Positions 24,306 through 42,000 of a stretch of DNA of 64,000 nt are shown in pieces. The translations under genes were made by a program, and so were the position numbers. The notes under the pieces were generated by a model that saw only the letters and a program-made list of their open reading frames with translations, did not search any database and was not told the origin of the DNA. The DNA lies in contig OZ024740.1 in the NCBI GenBank assembly GCA_964016885.1, positions 78,802,001-78,866,000 on the forward strand, in the 5' to 3' direction. Numbering within the stretch: position 1 is the stretch's first letter; each line of letters begins with the position of its first letter. Source of the stretch: Eledone cirrhosa. Lineage: Eukaryota.

Positions 24306-25819
24306 TCAAAAGTCAAGTAAGATCTTCATATATACACATATATGTGTGTGTCTATGTAGGTAAAAAATAAAATAAACAACAAACAGGAAAATAAAAGATG
24401 GGATACAGCATGCACATTCAATTACACACTGTAATAGGGTGTGCTGGAGTTTCCTTTGAATAGTGTTTGAAGCAAGCTAACACAATTGTAGCATTACTGT
24501 GAGTGATAGTAAGGCTACGATGTTAGAGTAACCAAGCACCCTCGTGAGCATTACTTATTACTTCAGGAAGGCAAGCCACCCACAACAAGAACTTTGTCGG
24601 CAGTGGCTCAGCTCCCCTAATCATTTTGACTACTACAGGCTGAAAAAATAGTTTGCCAATAATTTCTGGTATTTCAGAATTTTATTTTTTCATCTATGGA
24701 TGCGGTGACCCTCACCTTCACCACAATATCCAGGATGTGAGGAGTTGCTAACTATGGTGCTGTCTCCAAAGAGTTAAGTGATATTGCAAAAAAAAAAAAG
24801 GATTTTTTATCTGACAAATTTATCATTTTCTCTTTTTCTGCTCTAATCTCTTAATTATATCATCATAGCTCTCTGCCCTTTTAACATCTTCCCTAACTGT
24901 TACTCTACAGATAACTTTTTTCTCTTTATTATTATTGTTTTTATAATTATTGTTGTTATTATTATTATTACTATTTTTTTTATTCTTATTTTTCCTTTAT
25001 ATCCTTCATCTGTCATCATCGCTCATTATATCTCTGTATTTTCACTTTTTTGTGTTTTTTTTCTCTATGGCTCTTAAGTTATATAGGATTTTTTTTGTTT
25101 TGTTTTACTACCTGGGAGGTCTGCTGAAGCAGTCAGTTTTAGTTTTAATGCTTTACCTATGACCAGAAAGGAATATTGCAGGATTATTTTTTCACTTTAA
25201 ATATTCTTAAACATTATAGTTATATTATTCATATATATAAAATAGAATCAAATGTTTGAATGTATTATTAATCTGTTTGTTGAAAAACTAAATTCTTCAC
25301 ATGAAATATAGAGAATATAAACAAACAATACTTGTATTATTTTCAGTCTGTTCTGTTTATTTTGTTTGTCTTCTAACTTGATGTATACTTGTGTATAAGT
25401 CAGATTTTTTTCCATGAAAATATGTGAAGAACTAGTATGTGTGCTTTCCACTGGACCTACAAAGCCTCAATTCAAAACATGGTACATTGTAAATGTATGT
25501 AAAATAGAGGTTTGACTTATCTACTGGTGTGACTTATACACAAGTATATACAGTATTTGTTTTCCCAATGTCATTATGAACCATATTAGTCTTTTATATC
25601 AATGGTCCAAAACTTATTTTGTCATTGAATCCTGTTGATTTCCCAAAACTGCAGAACCTATACATATATTTTACAATCCCCACCACACTAATTTTAATAT
25701 GATATTAAAGGAAATAAGATTTGTTTCCCAGAGAATGTTTTTCATATAAAAAGTCAAACATAAAAATTTTTTATTGAATTTTATTTTAAAACCTTGCAGA
25801 ACTTACTTTGGAAAAAGTC

Positions 25820-26016
25820 TTATATGCTGTAAAGTGGTCGTGTTGGTGATATGATAAAAATCACCCAATCCACCCTGTAAGGCATCCAGTCGTAAAAACC
25901 AAGCCAGAAATAGTTCTGTATGAGCAAGATACAGTCTCCTGATCTGACTTGCCTCACAATAGGACAACTCACCTAACCCATACTAATGGGGAAAACGGAC
26001 ATTAAATGATGATGAT
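25820..26016 (+). mobile_element. RTE 3'-UTR-related short repeat
   Basis: CTGTAAAGTGGTCGTG unit, GGCATCCAG core, AAAACGGACATTAAATGATGATG end. Confidence 0.6.
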
Positions 26017-26024
26017 GTTGCTTA

Positions 26025-26929
26025 TCTATATATATAAAACTGAGGATGTCTGTCTGTGTGTGTGTGAGTTTGAATCCCTAAAACTCGAGAAGCACCCAAC
26101 CGACTGTTTTCAAACTTTACACATGTAATACTTATGTTTCAGGGAGTGTTCTGAGCAAAAAATTTAAAATTTTTAATGCCCTAGGGACCACCACATTAGG
26201 CGATTTAGCGATCTCTCTCTATAATTCTTAGTCTTTCTCTTTTTAGATAGATACATACATATAACGCCGCGCCCTTATAATATCTGTCTTTATGTCTGGC
26301 TGACTGCATTACGTCACTTCCCTGAGGATATCTGTCTCTGTGTGTGTCTGTGAGTTTGAATCCCTAAAACTCGAGAAGTACCCAACTGATTTTTTTCAAA
26401 TTTTACATGTGTATTACTTATGTTTCAGGGAATGTTATGCACATAAAATTCAACTTTTTTATCTCCTAGGGCCTGCATTAGGTGAAAAACTGCGTTTTTA
26501 AAGCTTTTTAGGTTTTTTTTTAGATTTCCTTGCAATTGTAACTATGTATTAGTCAGTCTCTTCTTCATACTGTGAGCAAAGAAAATCCAACTTTTTTATG
26601 GCCTGGGCTCGCATTAGCTGAAAAACTTCATTTTTTCAGCTTTTTAGGCTTTTTTGAGGCGTTACGTCTAGCCGATTTTCCCGAAACATCAAGGCATATT
26701 ATGCACATAAAAAAAATTCATTTTCTTGATCCCCTAGGGCCTGCATTAGGTGAAAACCTGCATTTTTCCTGCTTCATCGAGGAAAATGTTAAAGATTATC
26801 CAGCCATCAGAGTATTAGGTTTATTTTCTTTACATATTGTCCAGGCATGCAGTTTTTCCACGATTAGGTCTGTTGGCGGCCTGCATTCCAAAATACCTTA
26901 CCCCGTGCAACGCCGGGTACCACTACTAG
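26025..26929 (+). mobile_element. Non-autonomous Helitron
   Basis: A|TC 5' end (TCTATATATATAAAACTGAGG, shared with 60078); subterminal hairpin CCCGTGCAACGCCGGG; CTAG|T 3' end; internal duplication ~26040-26190 / ~26321-26470. Confidence 0.85.
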
Positions 26930-27844
26930 TAAAGAATAAAATAACACAATAAATGAATTTACATGAGTTTTAGATTAAAAAAAAAATTTCTCCTGGATTT
27001 GAAATAATTAGTAGAAAATACCATACATAGTCATGTATATGTTACACCTTTTTTCATGAAAAAGACGATGGAAAAAAACCAGCATGCAACTTATTCACTG
27101 GACCTACAACATTATATGTGAATTATGTACTGAGTAAAAAATGAAATGTATATAAAATGTATGTGCAATCTATCTACTAGTACGATTTATATGACTATAA
27201 ATGATAGTTATAATTAACATTAACGTAATTCTTCAGAATTGGATTCTGTTGCTAAAAAACCCTTTCTGAATTGTTGATTTCCACCTTAAACTTCTGCAGG
27301 TCATCAGTTGATGAGAGAATACATATGTTTGTCATTTGTTTCAAAGGTTAGCAATTCAGGAAGATAATGGGAAATTTTGTTATGTATAGAAAAGATTTAT
27401 GCTAAAGAGAGTGTCTCATATACATTGTTTATATCTTTATAAGCTATTGTTGCCTTTACAGGAAGTGAAATCTGGTTATACATTGAAGAATCTCTTGCTA
27501 ACTTTTTCTTTGCAATTGCAATTGAGGTTGCATATTTTTCAATATATAGGTTAATCATAGTTGGGATGTGTTCACAGAATTGTTATCATGTCAGATAAAA
27601 TGTTTTACAGCATTTGTTCCAGATCTTTACCTTCTAAGTTCAAATCCTGCTGAGGTCAACTCTACCTTTCATCCTTTTGTGATTGATAAAATACATCTCT
27701 GGGTTCAATATACTCGTGTAATCCCATCCTGCAAATTTCAGGCCTTTTGCCTATTTGCAGTATTCCATCTACACTATATGCTTCTTTGAAAGGTATACAT
27801 CTCAGTTTTGTGATAACATATCTTATATACTCACATATGTTGAA

Positions 27845-28183
27845 GGTGCATAGCTTAGTGGTTAGGGTATTGGGCTTGCAATTGTGTAGTTGTGAGTTCA
27901 ATTATCAGACCAGGTGATGCGCCGTCCTTGAACAACATACTTTATTTCACGTTGCTCCAGTTTACTCAGCTGTAGAATTGAGTTATGACATCATTGGTAC
28001 CAGGCTGTGTCGGCCATTGCCTTTCCGTTGGACATCAGTGGTGTGGAGAGGGGAGGCTGGTATATATGGGTGACTGCTGGTCTTCCACAAACAACCTTGC
28101 CCGGATTTGTGCTTCAGAAAAGAACTTTCTAGGTGCAAATCCTATGGTCATTTGTGACTGAAGGGGGTCTTTTACCCTTACCC
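27845..28183 (+). mobile_element. Second tRNA-derived SINE family
   Basis: AGCTTAGTGGTTAG A-box, GAGTTCAATT B-box, ACTTTATTTCACGTTGCTCCAG core. Confidence 0.7.
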
Positions 28184-28951
28184 TCTTATACTCATATATA
28201 AGCCGAGAAATATGTGACAAAAAAAAAATTGCTGGTATATACTGTAAATTATTATGTGCTTATTACTTTATTTACCTTCAGATTCCCATGATTTAATCAT
28301 TCAGTATTTTTGTAAAAAAACATTTTCTTCTGGTTGTGTGATTATATGTTCAATTTTTCAACTGTTTGCTCTTTCTATTAGGCCTTTGCTATAGCATTTC
28401 AAATATTTAGATCTATTATTCGTGAAAATATGCCCTACATAAGAACAACCATACCAAAGTTAGAGTGGGATTGGTGTTGAGGTTGATTGGCAAGTGTTCC
28501 AGTTGACATGGGTCTACAATTTTGAAGAGGCCTTATTGTTGCAAATTCTGATACTTTTATTATGTTCAGTTTCTTATAAGTACACCATATACACTACATG
28601 TATATGTATATACATGTAACCCATACATAAATCATATATATAGTATAGATTTATTAAAATACTTAACGAGCAGATTGAAATGAGGACATAAATTGATGAT
28701 GACTGTTTTGTTCGGGGGTGAGGATTTGATGATGAATTGTTTATTTTTATGTTTTAGTAAAAGGAAAACTAAATGAAGCATAAACATATGCTAATAATTA
28801 CTGTATATTTTTCATAATAATTTTCTATGTATTTTAAGAGGTAGAATATTTTTATTGAAAATTTATTTTCAGCTATCAATTATTGTGATATCTTTGACTG
28901 CATTCTCATTTGCCACAGGCAGAATTGAACTCTTTCTCTGTTTCATTTCAG

Positions 28952-29101
28952 CGTAACCTTCAGTTGTCTCAACAAGTGCGAGAATTGAGTGACCAAATTA
29001 ATCAACAATCTGATTATACTTCCAGCTTAGGATCTGCCTGTTGTACTTTGTTATGGAGAGTATCACGTTCTGAAGAAAGTGTTCAGACCATACTTGTTGG
29101 A
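28952..29101 (+). CDS. HSF2BP: Internal coding exon of an HSF2BP/MEILB2-like gene
   Basis: Polypyrimidine tract plus TTTCAG acceptor, GTAAGT donor, 150 bp, phase 0/0; RNLQLSQQVRELSDQINQQSDYTSSLGSACCTLLWRVSRSEESVQTILVG resembles the HSF2BP segment I recall as QQAEYCTEMGAAACTLLWGVSSSEEVVKAILGG; other exons not located. Confidence 0.8.
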
Positions 29102-29760
29102 GTAAGTCACTGCCATAATTTACTATTTAAAAAAAAAAATGTTTTTTACTTTATCATATTTATAAGGAAAGACATTTGGTTTTCAAATAATCAAAAATCT
29201 GCAAGGGTTTAGTAATATAACTTTATCAAGCTCATATTTAAAATATAACATACCATATATACTCGACTATAAGCCAACCCCCTATTTTATATCTGAAAAA
29301 TGGGCAAAAATCCAAACCCCACTTTTAAACCAAGTGAAGTAATCAACACATTGTTTAAATAACACCAACAATGATGTAGTAACAACTGTTTCATTGTAAA
29401 ATAATCATTCCAGATATTTTAACACCTTATTTACATAGAATTTGAAGTTGGTGAAAATTGACAAAATATTGACCTCAAATATAATCCGACCCACCCACCC
29501 TATTTTACCATTCATTTTTTTGTTGTCATATATTTCTCTGCTTAGTGAATTAGTATAAAAGGGGTTAAAAGTAATTTGTCTGAGGAGGAACACCCACATC
29601 TTAGACTGAGAAATTGGATTAACTTTGACAGTGAGGGAATTAATGTAGTTAAAGTTCAGATTGAATTATTATATATTAACTCTTAACATCCTCTACCACA
29701 TGAAACCACATTAACAAGACATTCTTGAAAAGTACAAAACAGTAATATGACTGCATTCAG

Positions 29761-30175
29761 CATCATCATCATCTTCGTTTAATGTCCATCTTCCATGCTA
29801 GACGTTAAACGAAAATTAACGTCTTTACTTTGATGTTGCAAATTTTCATAATGATGGGTCCTTTTAGATTTTGTTTCCATTTCTGGAATGTCAGCTCCAG
29901 TTTTTCTAAAGTTTTAGCATATAGGAGTTCCCATGAGCACCCAGTCTTCAATTTCTCTGTTATTGCCTGGAAGAGTGTAATGAATAGAACTGATCCTTGT
30001 ACAGCTTTCACAAGCCATTCATCTATCTTCAGCTTCCTGAGTACCCACCAGATTACAGAGCATGGGATCTGTCAAAGACATTTTTCCTGGTCATCAATTT
30101 GGGATTTATTCTTAACTAAGTACTTCTGTATTTATCTCACTATGAAGATGGCATCAGTATTGGTTCTCCTCAATA
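29761..30175 (-). mobile_element. Old degraded RTE fragment
   Basis: QGSVLFITLFQAITEKLKTGCSWELLYA remnant plus (GAT)n-type tail. Confidence 0.7.
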
Positions 30176-32048
30176 TAAAGATATAGAAAACAAATTTCAA
30201 ACCATCTTTCAATTTGTGATTAGGCTGCTAGTAAATTATTTTGTGAGGAGTTGTCATGATTACTTGTATGATGTTTCCAATTGTATTGAATTGTAGCTTT
30301 TCAGTTAGGAAAAAAAAAAGAAAGATAATATGATGTCCATTTATATTGTATTGAGACAGGTGTTTTATTACTGACAAAAATGTTCTACATCTGTTTTCCA
30401 TGATGGTATGGATTGGACAGGCTGTCATATTCCGAGTCAGTTATCTAGAGTGATTGCCCTCCAAGACAATTGGAGGACTGTCTTTCTCATATGTTCCATT
30501 TTCTACATGATTTCTATGGCTAGGTGTTCTTAACACCAACCACTTCACAATGTGTGCAGGGTGTATTTTATTGTGGCACCAGCACTAGTAAGGTTGCCTT
30601 GTATCACAAGACTAGAAGAGAGTACTCATTATTCTATGTTGTTTCCATTCATTCAAAGCATCATGGGAGGGTGGCAGAGAAGGGAGTATTTTGAGAGAGT
30701 CTATGGGGGTGTGAAGCTGGTAGAGTGTTTCATATCAAGATTATATGTTCTTATTGGCATAAGATATTAATCATTTTTATAAGGTGGCTAAAGTTTTTGT
30801 TTAATTCTCTATGTGAAGAGGAGTGTAATTACTAGTTAGTAAATAACTAACATATATATCATTGCATAGCTGCACTAAAGAACACACTGTTAGAACTAAA
30901 AGTGATCCATGCATGAAACACTACTGCAAATTATGTTAAAGCAATTATACAAATCTAATTTAGATGATTAGACTACCAAAGAGTGTTTAGAAATTGTTGA
31001 ATATTTAGTGCACCACCTGGAAATAATAATATCTTTATTTCCAGTCTCTACATAGCTATCTAAATTTATTTACTTCACCATGTAGATATATTAACTAATA
31101 TTTAATTTGTTGTGGGGTTAGAATTTTTTTTAGTTAATTTCTTATTTGCATGGAACACCAACAATAAAACATTTGCCAAAAGTGTTTTCCAAGCATGTAT
31201 CATTTATTTGTATCATGTCTCATCATCATACTTTCCATGTTGGTATAAGTTGGACTGGTTATTTCAATCCAAGTCAGCTGTTATTTGGAGTTACTTCTCT
31301 TTTAGACAGATTGGAAGGCCATGTCTCACTCGAATGTTTCAGTTTTTGACATGATTTCTATGACTGGGTTTACTTCCTCACACAAGTCACTTAACAGGGT
31401 TTACTGGGTGCATTTTATCATAGCAGGAGTACAAGAGAGATTGTCATGTCCTTGACATGGCTAAAGAGCCCCTTTACTTTATTATCTCTGTTTGATCGCT
31501 AACCACTTTACAGGGTGTCATGGGTGCACTTCGTTGTAGTGTGATACCATCACTAGATATGATGCCTTGCCTCTGCATGCAAGAAAATCCTCTCTACTCA
31601 ACATCGATTCCTTTCTTTCATGTCAAATGTACCACAGCATGATTTGACATGTGCCTCTGTATCAGCAAAACTCCAGTCATGAACACACAACAACACTAGC
31701 TTAACACAGTATTATATCCTGTCTCTGACTTTAAAAAGGGTAGTAGAACTTTTATTATGTTAAGTTAAACAGAATTTTCTCTCTATATGAAATGTCAATT
31801 GTGTTGTTGGAATATAAATTTCCACTCTAATTCACTTGTATCCAATATGTTTCTCAAGTTCATATGACATTAAAAGAAAAAGAATCATATTTAGCTTATT
31901 TCTTCCTGCAGTTCTTTTATCTCTGTCTTCCAAATCATATTCAACATTACACAACTTACTCTGCACATAGAAAAAGAATTCTGTTTAAATCAATGTAGGA
32001 TGAGTTCGACTACTCTTTAAAAACAGCTCTAAAACACTACATTGTTAA

Positions 32049-32223
32049 CCCTTTTGATATCAAGCCATCTGAAACTGACTGTGGTTCTATATTAAATTGT
32101 TTATCTAAATACTTTTCACCATAATTTTATGTAAGAATCTTTAAGTTATATACCAAACACAAGTCTGATAAGAAAGTTATTTTACTAAAACCCTCCAAAT
32201 TCTTGAATATACTAATAAAAGGG
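32049..32223. mobile_element. piggyBac-type MITE
   Basis: TTAA|CCCTTTT...AAAAGGG|TTAA. Confidence 0.7.
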
Positions 32224-34761
32224 TTAAGGTAGTAGTTGTAACATAGTTATAGTCTAGGATGTTTAAGTGTTTGCAGTTGCAGCTGTTCCAGATATGTGAG
32301 CAGTAATGTAGTATTATACACTTTTGATTTGTAGAGGATACGATGAAAAACTGAAGATTTTCTTGATCTTGAAAAGGAAGCTATAGAATAGGGTTTAGGA
32401 TACATTATATATGTTTAGTTGCAATGAAAGGTCATTAGAATTTGCAAAATCCTGTATTTGTGTAAGGTTTGAGCACTTCAGCTATGTGTTCATGAATAGA
32501 GATAAGATAGAATTGAGCATTTCCTTGGCGTGCATGGTGATTATATTTTTGTGCCGTTGAATGAAGCTGGATTCTCATGTTCCTAATGAAGAGTGTTTAC
32601 CTGCTCAAAGAAACTGTGCCTGTTGTTTCGTGAGTGGACAAAACTCATTAGTGTCACCATTGGTGGTTTTGTGGCAGCAAATTGGTTTGCCATATTTATT
32701 TCATCTTTCTGTGTTCTGAATTTAAATCTCCCCAACTCAGCTTTGCCTTTCGTCCTTTCAAGTACCAGTCTAGGGCAGTGGAGTAATGGAATTGCTAAAG
32801 TGTTGGATGCGATGCCTTGTGGCATTTGCTCCTGCTCTTTGTGTTTTGTGTTCAAATCACTACATGGCTTATTTGAGTGGTTGACTTAATCCATCATCTA
32901 TCTCCTGACAATGGAGTGACTTTAGCAGAATTAATTCTGTTACAAGTATATAGACTAACTCTTCAATTTGAAGATACTTCCCTCCTATCAATCTTAGAGG
33001 TCCTATAGCTCTGGTTCTGAAACTTACTTTGTCGTGGAACCCATATATGAATTTACAAAAATCACTGAACTCATAGCATTAAGCCACTTGGACAAAAGCA
33101 CCCTAATTTTAATAAAATATTGAATTAAGCAAAAATTGTTGTAGAGAGAAAATTTATTACGTAATAGATTTTTATTTAAAAAAAACAAAAAAAAAACACC
33201 TGATCCCATAGGACCCCGGAAGTTTTTGTGGAACCCACTTTTTGAAACACTGCTTTATAGAAATATTGCTCATAAATGTCTACAACTATATTGTATATGT
33301 GTATACACCAGAAAATGAGAGTAAAATATCTTCAATCAATACAGTATTGTATTTTTGCCATAAATAGAGTGTTCAAGACTATCTGATTACAGAACTCTGT
33401 GAAAAGGATTGTTTTATTGATGTTGGAAAAATGTAGAAGACAATGTGTAGAAAAAATAAATCTCTTCCTTTATGAAGAACCTGTGGTTTCTCATAGCAGA
33501 GTTTTTTTATGAACAACTGAACACAAAGTTGCCTTTGATAGATTTCCTAAAATTAGCTTATGATAAATTAGTTTGTGTAAGAAGCACTTACTTTAACATA
33601 GTAAATGATACTGTTGATAGAGAATGCACCCTCATACATATGATTATTGTCTTACATTTTAATATATTACTGTGGCTTTTCATCTTGACTTGAAATTTTA
33701 TGAAACCAATTCTTTAGATGTAAGTTTTAAATGTAACCTATTTTTTTATTTATTAATGTTACATTTATAACTATGAAAAATGTATTATAAATTCAATTAT
33801 GCTTTACAGACAAGATGTGAAAAGAAGTTTGAAACATTTATCAGCTATTCATTAATCAAGTTAATGTATATTTATTGTGTTTAAGAAAATTACTGAAATA
33901 CTATGCTAGCAGACATGAAGGGGTGTATTATTTGTAGAAAACAGAACATTATATTTTGTCATATATATTGAGCATAAAACATATTTTGGCATTTGGTGAC
34001 AATAGATTTTCTGTGTGCTTTTTGCTTTATAACAGTATATTTTTACATTGTTGAATTTGCAAATGACATTCATTAATTATCTTAAGTTTATAAATAATCC
34101 TTGTATAAATCATTATACTATTGAAAAATATCTTTTTTTTTTAATGCTTTGAACCCACCAAACCCAATAATCCAGTACCAATAATGTTTGACTATATCCC
34201 GCTATTCCATTCTATCACACACTTCTGTTTACTACTGTTATTTACACCACTTCCTGCATGAATGAGCAATCATTTTATATTGTTGCTTTAACTCAAGTTC
34301 TTTATTAAAGAACTACTCAGATTCTTGTCAACTTTGTACATTTTGTTTTCAGGTATAATTGACAAACAAAATTTTTTTTCGGTGATTTTCATGTGGATTT
34401 GAGAACTGTTCATATGGCAGGGTCAGGGTTCAGAGAGTTAAAGTGAAAATGTATATTTTCTAATGTATAATTAATTAGTCAAAGGTAGAAGGCAGCACCC
34501 ATAATCTTTGTAAGCCCTTCCAGACAGGTGAGATTGATGTTGTTGATATTTAGCTTAAACTTCTGTATGTTGTTGCCTGTAAAATAAAAGCATAAGTGAG
34601 CTGGGAATAAAAATCTAAACTTAAAAATTCACCCCTTTTGATACTAGCCTACCAGAAACCGCCCCTGGCTCTACAATACAAGTCTGTTTTAATTTATATA
34701 ACCACCCAACCATACACCCCCCATGAGGACAGGCCGACGTAAATGCATTCAGTGAAGCCCT

Positions 34762-35215
34762 CAGCCCACACTGTAAAGTGGTCGTGATGGTGACATGGCA
34801 AAAAGTGTCCAGCCCACACTGTAAAGTGGTCGTGTAGGTGTCACGACAAAAAGCACCTAGTCCACACTGTAAAGTGGTTGTGTAAGCATCACGACAAAAT
34901 GAACCCAGTACTCACTATAAATGAAGTTGGCATTAGGAAGGGCATCCAGCTGTAGAAACCAAGCCAGAATCAGTCTTGTATGAGCAAGACATGGTCACCT
35001 GATCTAGCATTGCAAACAGGACAACTCGTCTAACCCATGCTAGCATGGAAAATAGACGTAAAACGGTGGTGATGATGGTGATTATGTATATACACACAAA
35101 TATATATATATATATATATTATGTTGATACCACAAAACATCCAGCCAACACTGTAAAGTGGTCATGTAGGTATCACGGCAAAAAGCACCCAGCACACACT
35201 GTAAAGTGGTTGGCA
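34762..35215 (+). mobile_element. RTE 3'-UTR-related repeat with a tandem ~45-bp unit array
   Basis: Four CACACTGTAAAGTGGTCGTG...AAAAAGCACCCAG-type units, then GGAAGGGCATCCAGCTGTAGAAA and tail; two more units after a TA run. Confidence 0.7.
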
Positions 35216-36189
35216 TTATGCAAGTCACCCATCGTAGATGTAGTGCCTCATGGCTGGTGCAGGAACAGAGGTAAATACTCATTAAAAACAACAGAAGGCC
35301 AGGTTTGAAACTTCCTTTAGAATTTTAATTCTGTGAAAACACTATACATATTTTGTTGGCCCAATTTCATCATCTGATTATGATGCAAGACTTGGGCGAT
35401 TTCATCAGGTGTTTGCAGAATTAGTTATTTAAGATAACAGGATTATGGCAAATACAAACAGGCAATATAAAATAGAGGATCGGTTCTATTCGGAGATGGC
35501 CCGCCAATTCAGTGTTATTGCAACGGCAGACCTTCCCCAAATGTTGAGCAAGTATTGTGAAGTAAAATTCTTAACAATACGACAATGTCTATATATAGAG
35601 ATATTTATATAAGATTAACCTTTATTTATTTAAATGTTAACTGTTTTTATTTTAAATTTATTTCATATTTTCAAATTGAAACTTAAGGAAGTTAGTATTT
35701 TATGAGAAAATTCTAGACTGACAGAACAAAAGTTTATTGTTTTCAATTTACCCACTCCCATTATATATTTAAAAAATCCGTTTAATTATTCATTTCTCTT
35801 AGTTGAAACAGTATTAGAACTATCATAAGATACTCGCTTTGTGAAAATGCTTGTTGGCTCTAAGTACTATCATTGTCGTCTTCATTTTTATAGCCACATT
35901 TCCAAGCTTGAATGGTTTGAATAAAACTCTTTTAGGCAGATTTTTCTGGCTAACATAAACTCTTATTTTATTTTATAAATATGGTATACACTGCTCATCC
36001 TTGTCTACTGCTACACTGCAGAGTGTGTTGTTTACATGGTTCATAAACAAGCGACATCACTTACTTTAAATGTTGTTGATATGAAGACAAAAACGCATGT
36101 AGTAAACTGATACACTTTCATGTACATACACATATACATACATGCGTACATACATACATATATACATGCATGCATACATACATACATAC

Positions 36190-39352
<3,163 letters not shown>

Positions 39353-40220
39353 CATACATACATACATATATATGTACATACATACATATACACACACATA
39401 TCATTTTCATGTCAACTTTTACATGTTGCCATAGGTTGGATGGAACTTTTTGAGGCAGTGTTTTACAACTGGATGCCCTTTCTGACATTAACCGTTTTTG
39501 TTGCCTTCTATAGGCGGCAAATTGGCAGAGTCATAGAATGCTTTATGGTATTCATTCCTGCTCTCTGAGTTCAAATCCTGCTGAGGTCAACTGTCCCTTT
39601 CATCCTTTCGAGGTTGATAAAAAAGTACCAGTCTAGTACTGGAGTCGATTCTTCATCTATATCTCTTTCTTATTTCCTCTCTCTCATTTTCTATCTTTCT
39701 TTGGAAGAAATCTGTTGTACTCAGACTTGGAGAGGGATGGGCTCTGCCAGGCTTAAAATGCCCAAGAAATGCAGTATGTCAATACGCCGCCCCTATAACT
39801 CTATCAGGAGTTACAGAATCATATGACACAACAGTGTACCTATTCTACATGCACGCAAAATGTACTTCCTTACAGTTTCCATCTATGTAATTCACTCACA
39901 AGGCATTGGTCAATTTGAAACTATAGTACAAAATATTTGGCAAAGATGCTGTTTAGTGGGATGTAATCTGCAACTGAGTAACTAAGAAGTTCATTTTGCC
40001 ATCATGAGGTTTCAGGTTTTATCCCACTGTGGGGCTTCTGGTGCAAATATATTTTACTATAGCCACAGATTGATCCAAGATTGTGAGTAAAATTTTGTTG
40101 ACAGAAACTGTGTGGAAGCCTATTGAATAGATTATTGTATTTGTAATTCAAAGGTCTAGCCCTGTTACATTATCATGTTGATTCTGCCTGAGGCACACAT
40201 CTATATAGAATACACAACTA

Positions 40221-40267
<47 letters not shown>

Positions 40268-40630
40268 ACTGATATATTATGAAATACTGTTGGCTTCTTG
40301 CTCACATTAATTTCTATATTTTCATTTATATTTATACTCGGAATTTTTCCTAGAGTGCTTAAAATTATTTGTGACTAATCCCGGTCTTTTTAAAAAAAAA
40401 AAAAACGCGATAATATTGCTATTTTGCTGAACTCCTTACATTTTGTAGAGTTTTTTCGGAATGCTTTTGACTGCTGTTTCTTGTAAATAGACATTTGTCT
40501 CATTCTGACGTCACCAGCCATGTCTCTCCATGTGTGTTTATTTTCATAATTCCGCACGAGGTGAACTAGCCTGCTTTTAAATTCCCTTTTTGGCATATTT
40601 TGGCAGTGGAACTTTTGGTTATCATGTAGA

Positions 40631-40711
40631 GCTCTACTGAGGAACGATTCCTACCGTGACTAATCCAACTGAAAAGTTTCGTGAAATAGTCTTTTTAAGA
40701 CTATATAGAGC
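40631..40711 (+). ncRNA. Type I hammerhead ribozyme with full stem III and large loop II
   Basis: GCTCTA-CTGAGGA-ACGA[31 nt]TCGT-GAA-ATAGTCTT ttt AAGACTAT-A-TAGAGC: 6-bp stem I, 4-bp stem II, 8-bp stem III, AUA triplet (cleavage after 40705). Confidence 0.85.
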
Positions 40712-40875
40712 ATTTGTAGTTTTTCCAAATTGAAGGATGAGTATTTAAACTTTATTTTATTCTGAGTTAAGACTCTATTGGTTTTTTTCCCCTGGATTTC
40801 ACAAAATCTGTGGATAAAATCTCTGTCTTGATTTTTTTTTTTGAATTGCGTTTGAATTATTTTCCCATATCTTAC

Positions 40876-41910
40876 ATCATCATCATCATCGTTTAACGTC
40901 CATGTTCCACGCTTGCATGGGTTTGGACGGGAGTTTTCCCACTTGAGGCAAGAGTGATTGTCTTGCTCACATAGGACTACCTGGCATGTTTTCTACCGCT
41001 GGATGCCCTTCCTAACACCAACCACATTTACAGTGTGGGACTGGGAGGTTTTTACCGTGTTGCCTACACGGCCACATTACAGCGTGGACTGTGTGTTTTT
41101 TTGTCGTGACACCTACACGATCTCATTTGTTTCGGCCTGGATGTTGTGGCACCAACATAACTTTACATTGAAACGGGCGGTTTGGATGGAGTGGGGGTGG
41201 TGGGACGGGGGTGTATTTTGTTAGAGATGCCTACTGACTGTAGTAGGTTTTACTTTGTATTTAGGTAAGGCGGGTCTTCTCTATTACTGAGTACCGCCAA
41301 AGATCTCGGTCCAGTGACATTGTCTTGGAGAGGTGTAAGTGTGTGAGGTCGGAATTTATCAGGTCGTCCCAGGTTTTTCTGGGTCTGCCTACTCCGTGGC
41401 TACCGTCTATCTTTATTGCTCTGCACTTTTTTATACAGCTGTCGTCTTTCATGCGCATCACGTGACCATACCAACGTAGTCTTCTCTCGAGTAAACAATA
41501 TCTGATCACTCTTATTTCTAATTTTTCCCTTAGTTCGTTTATGCTTTGCCGTTCACGAATATTACTATTACACATCCAGCAGAGCATGCAAGCTTCGTTC
41601 CTCTCTAGTCTTCATATATCCTCTGCACACAATGCCCAGGTCTCACTGCCATGCAACATTGCTGTTCGTATGCAGGCATCATACAGCCTGCCTTTCATTT
41701 TTAGGGAGAACCCTTTAGCGGCTAATAGTGGTATAAGCTCTCTGAACTTTTTCCATCCAGTTCTGACTCTAGCTACTGTACTTTCAGAGCACCCTCCCCC
41801 ACTGCTGATTTTGTCACCCAGGTAACGGAAGCTGTCCACTATTTCTATAGAACCCTCTGCGCAATTGAAAGAGCTAGTATTTTGTGGGCACTTGCTGCTA
41901 CTTATTGCAC
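40876..41910 (-). mobile_element. RTE LINE family A, 5'-truncated
   Basis: ORFs 41612..41839 and 41261..41587; 3' UTR and (GAT)n tail. Confidence 0.92.
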
Positions 41911-42000
41911 GTTAATTATTTTCCATTTTGACGTTATAGTCACTTATATATTATGAAATACTGTTGGCTTCTTGCTCACATTAATTTCTATATTTACATT

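Noticed and set aside
28919-28951. Upstream CACAG acceptor extending the exon in frame
   Set aside because: The downstream acceptor has the stronger pyrimidine tract and gives the 50-codon homologous block
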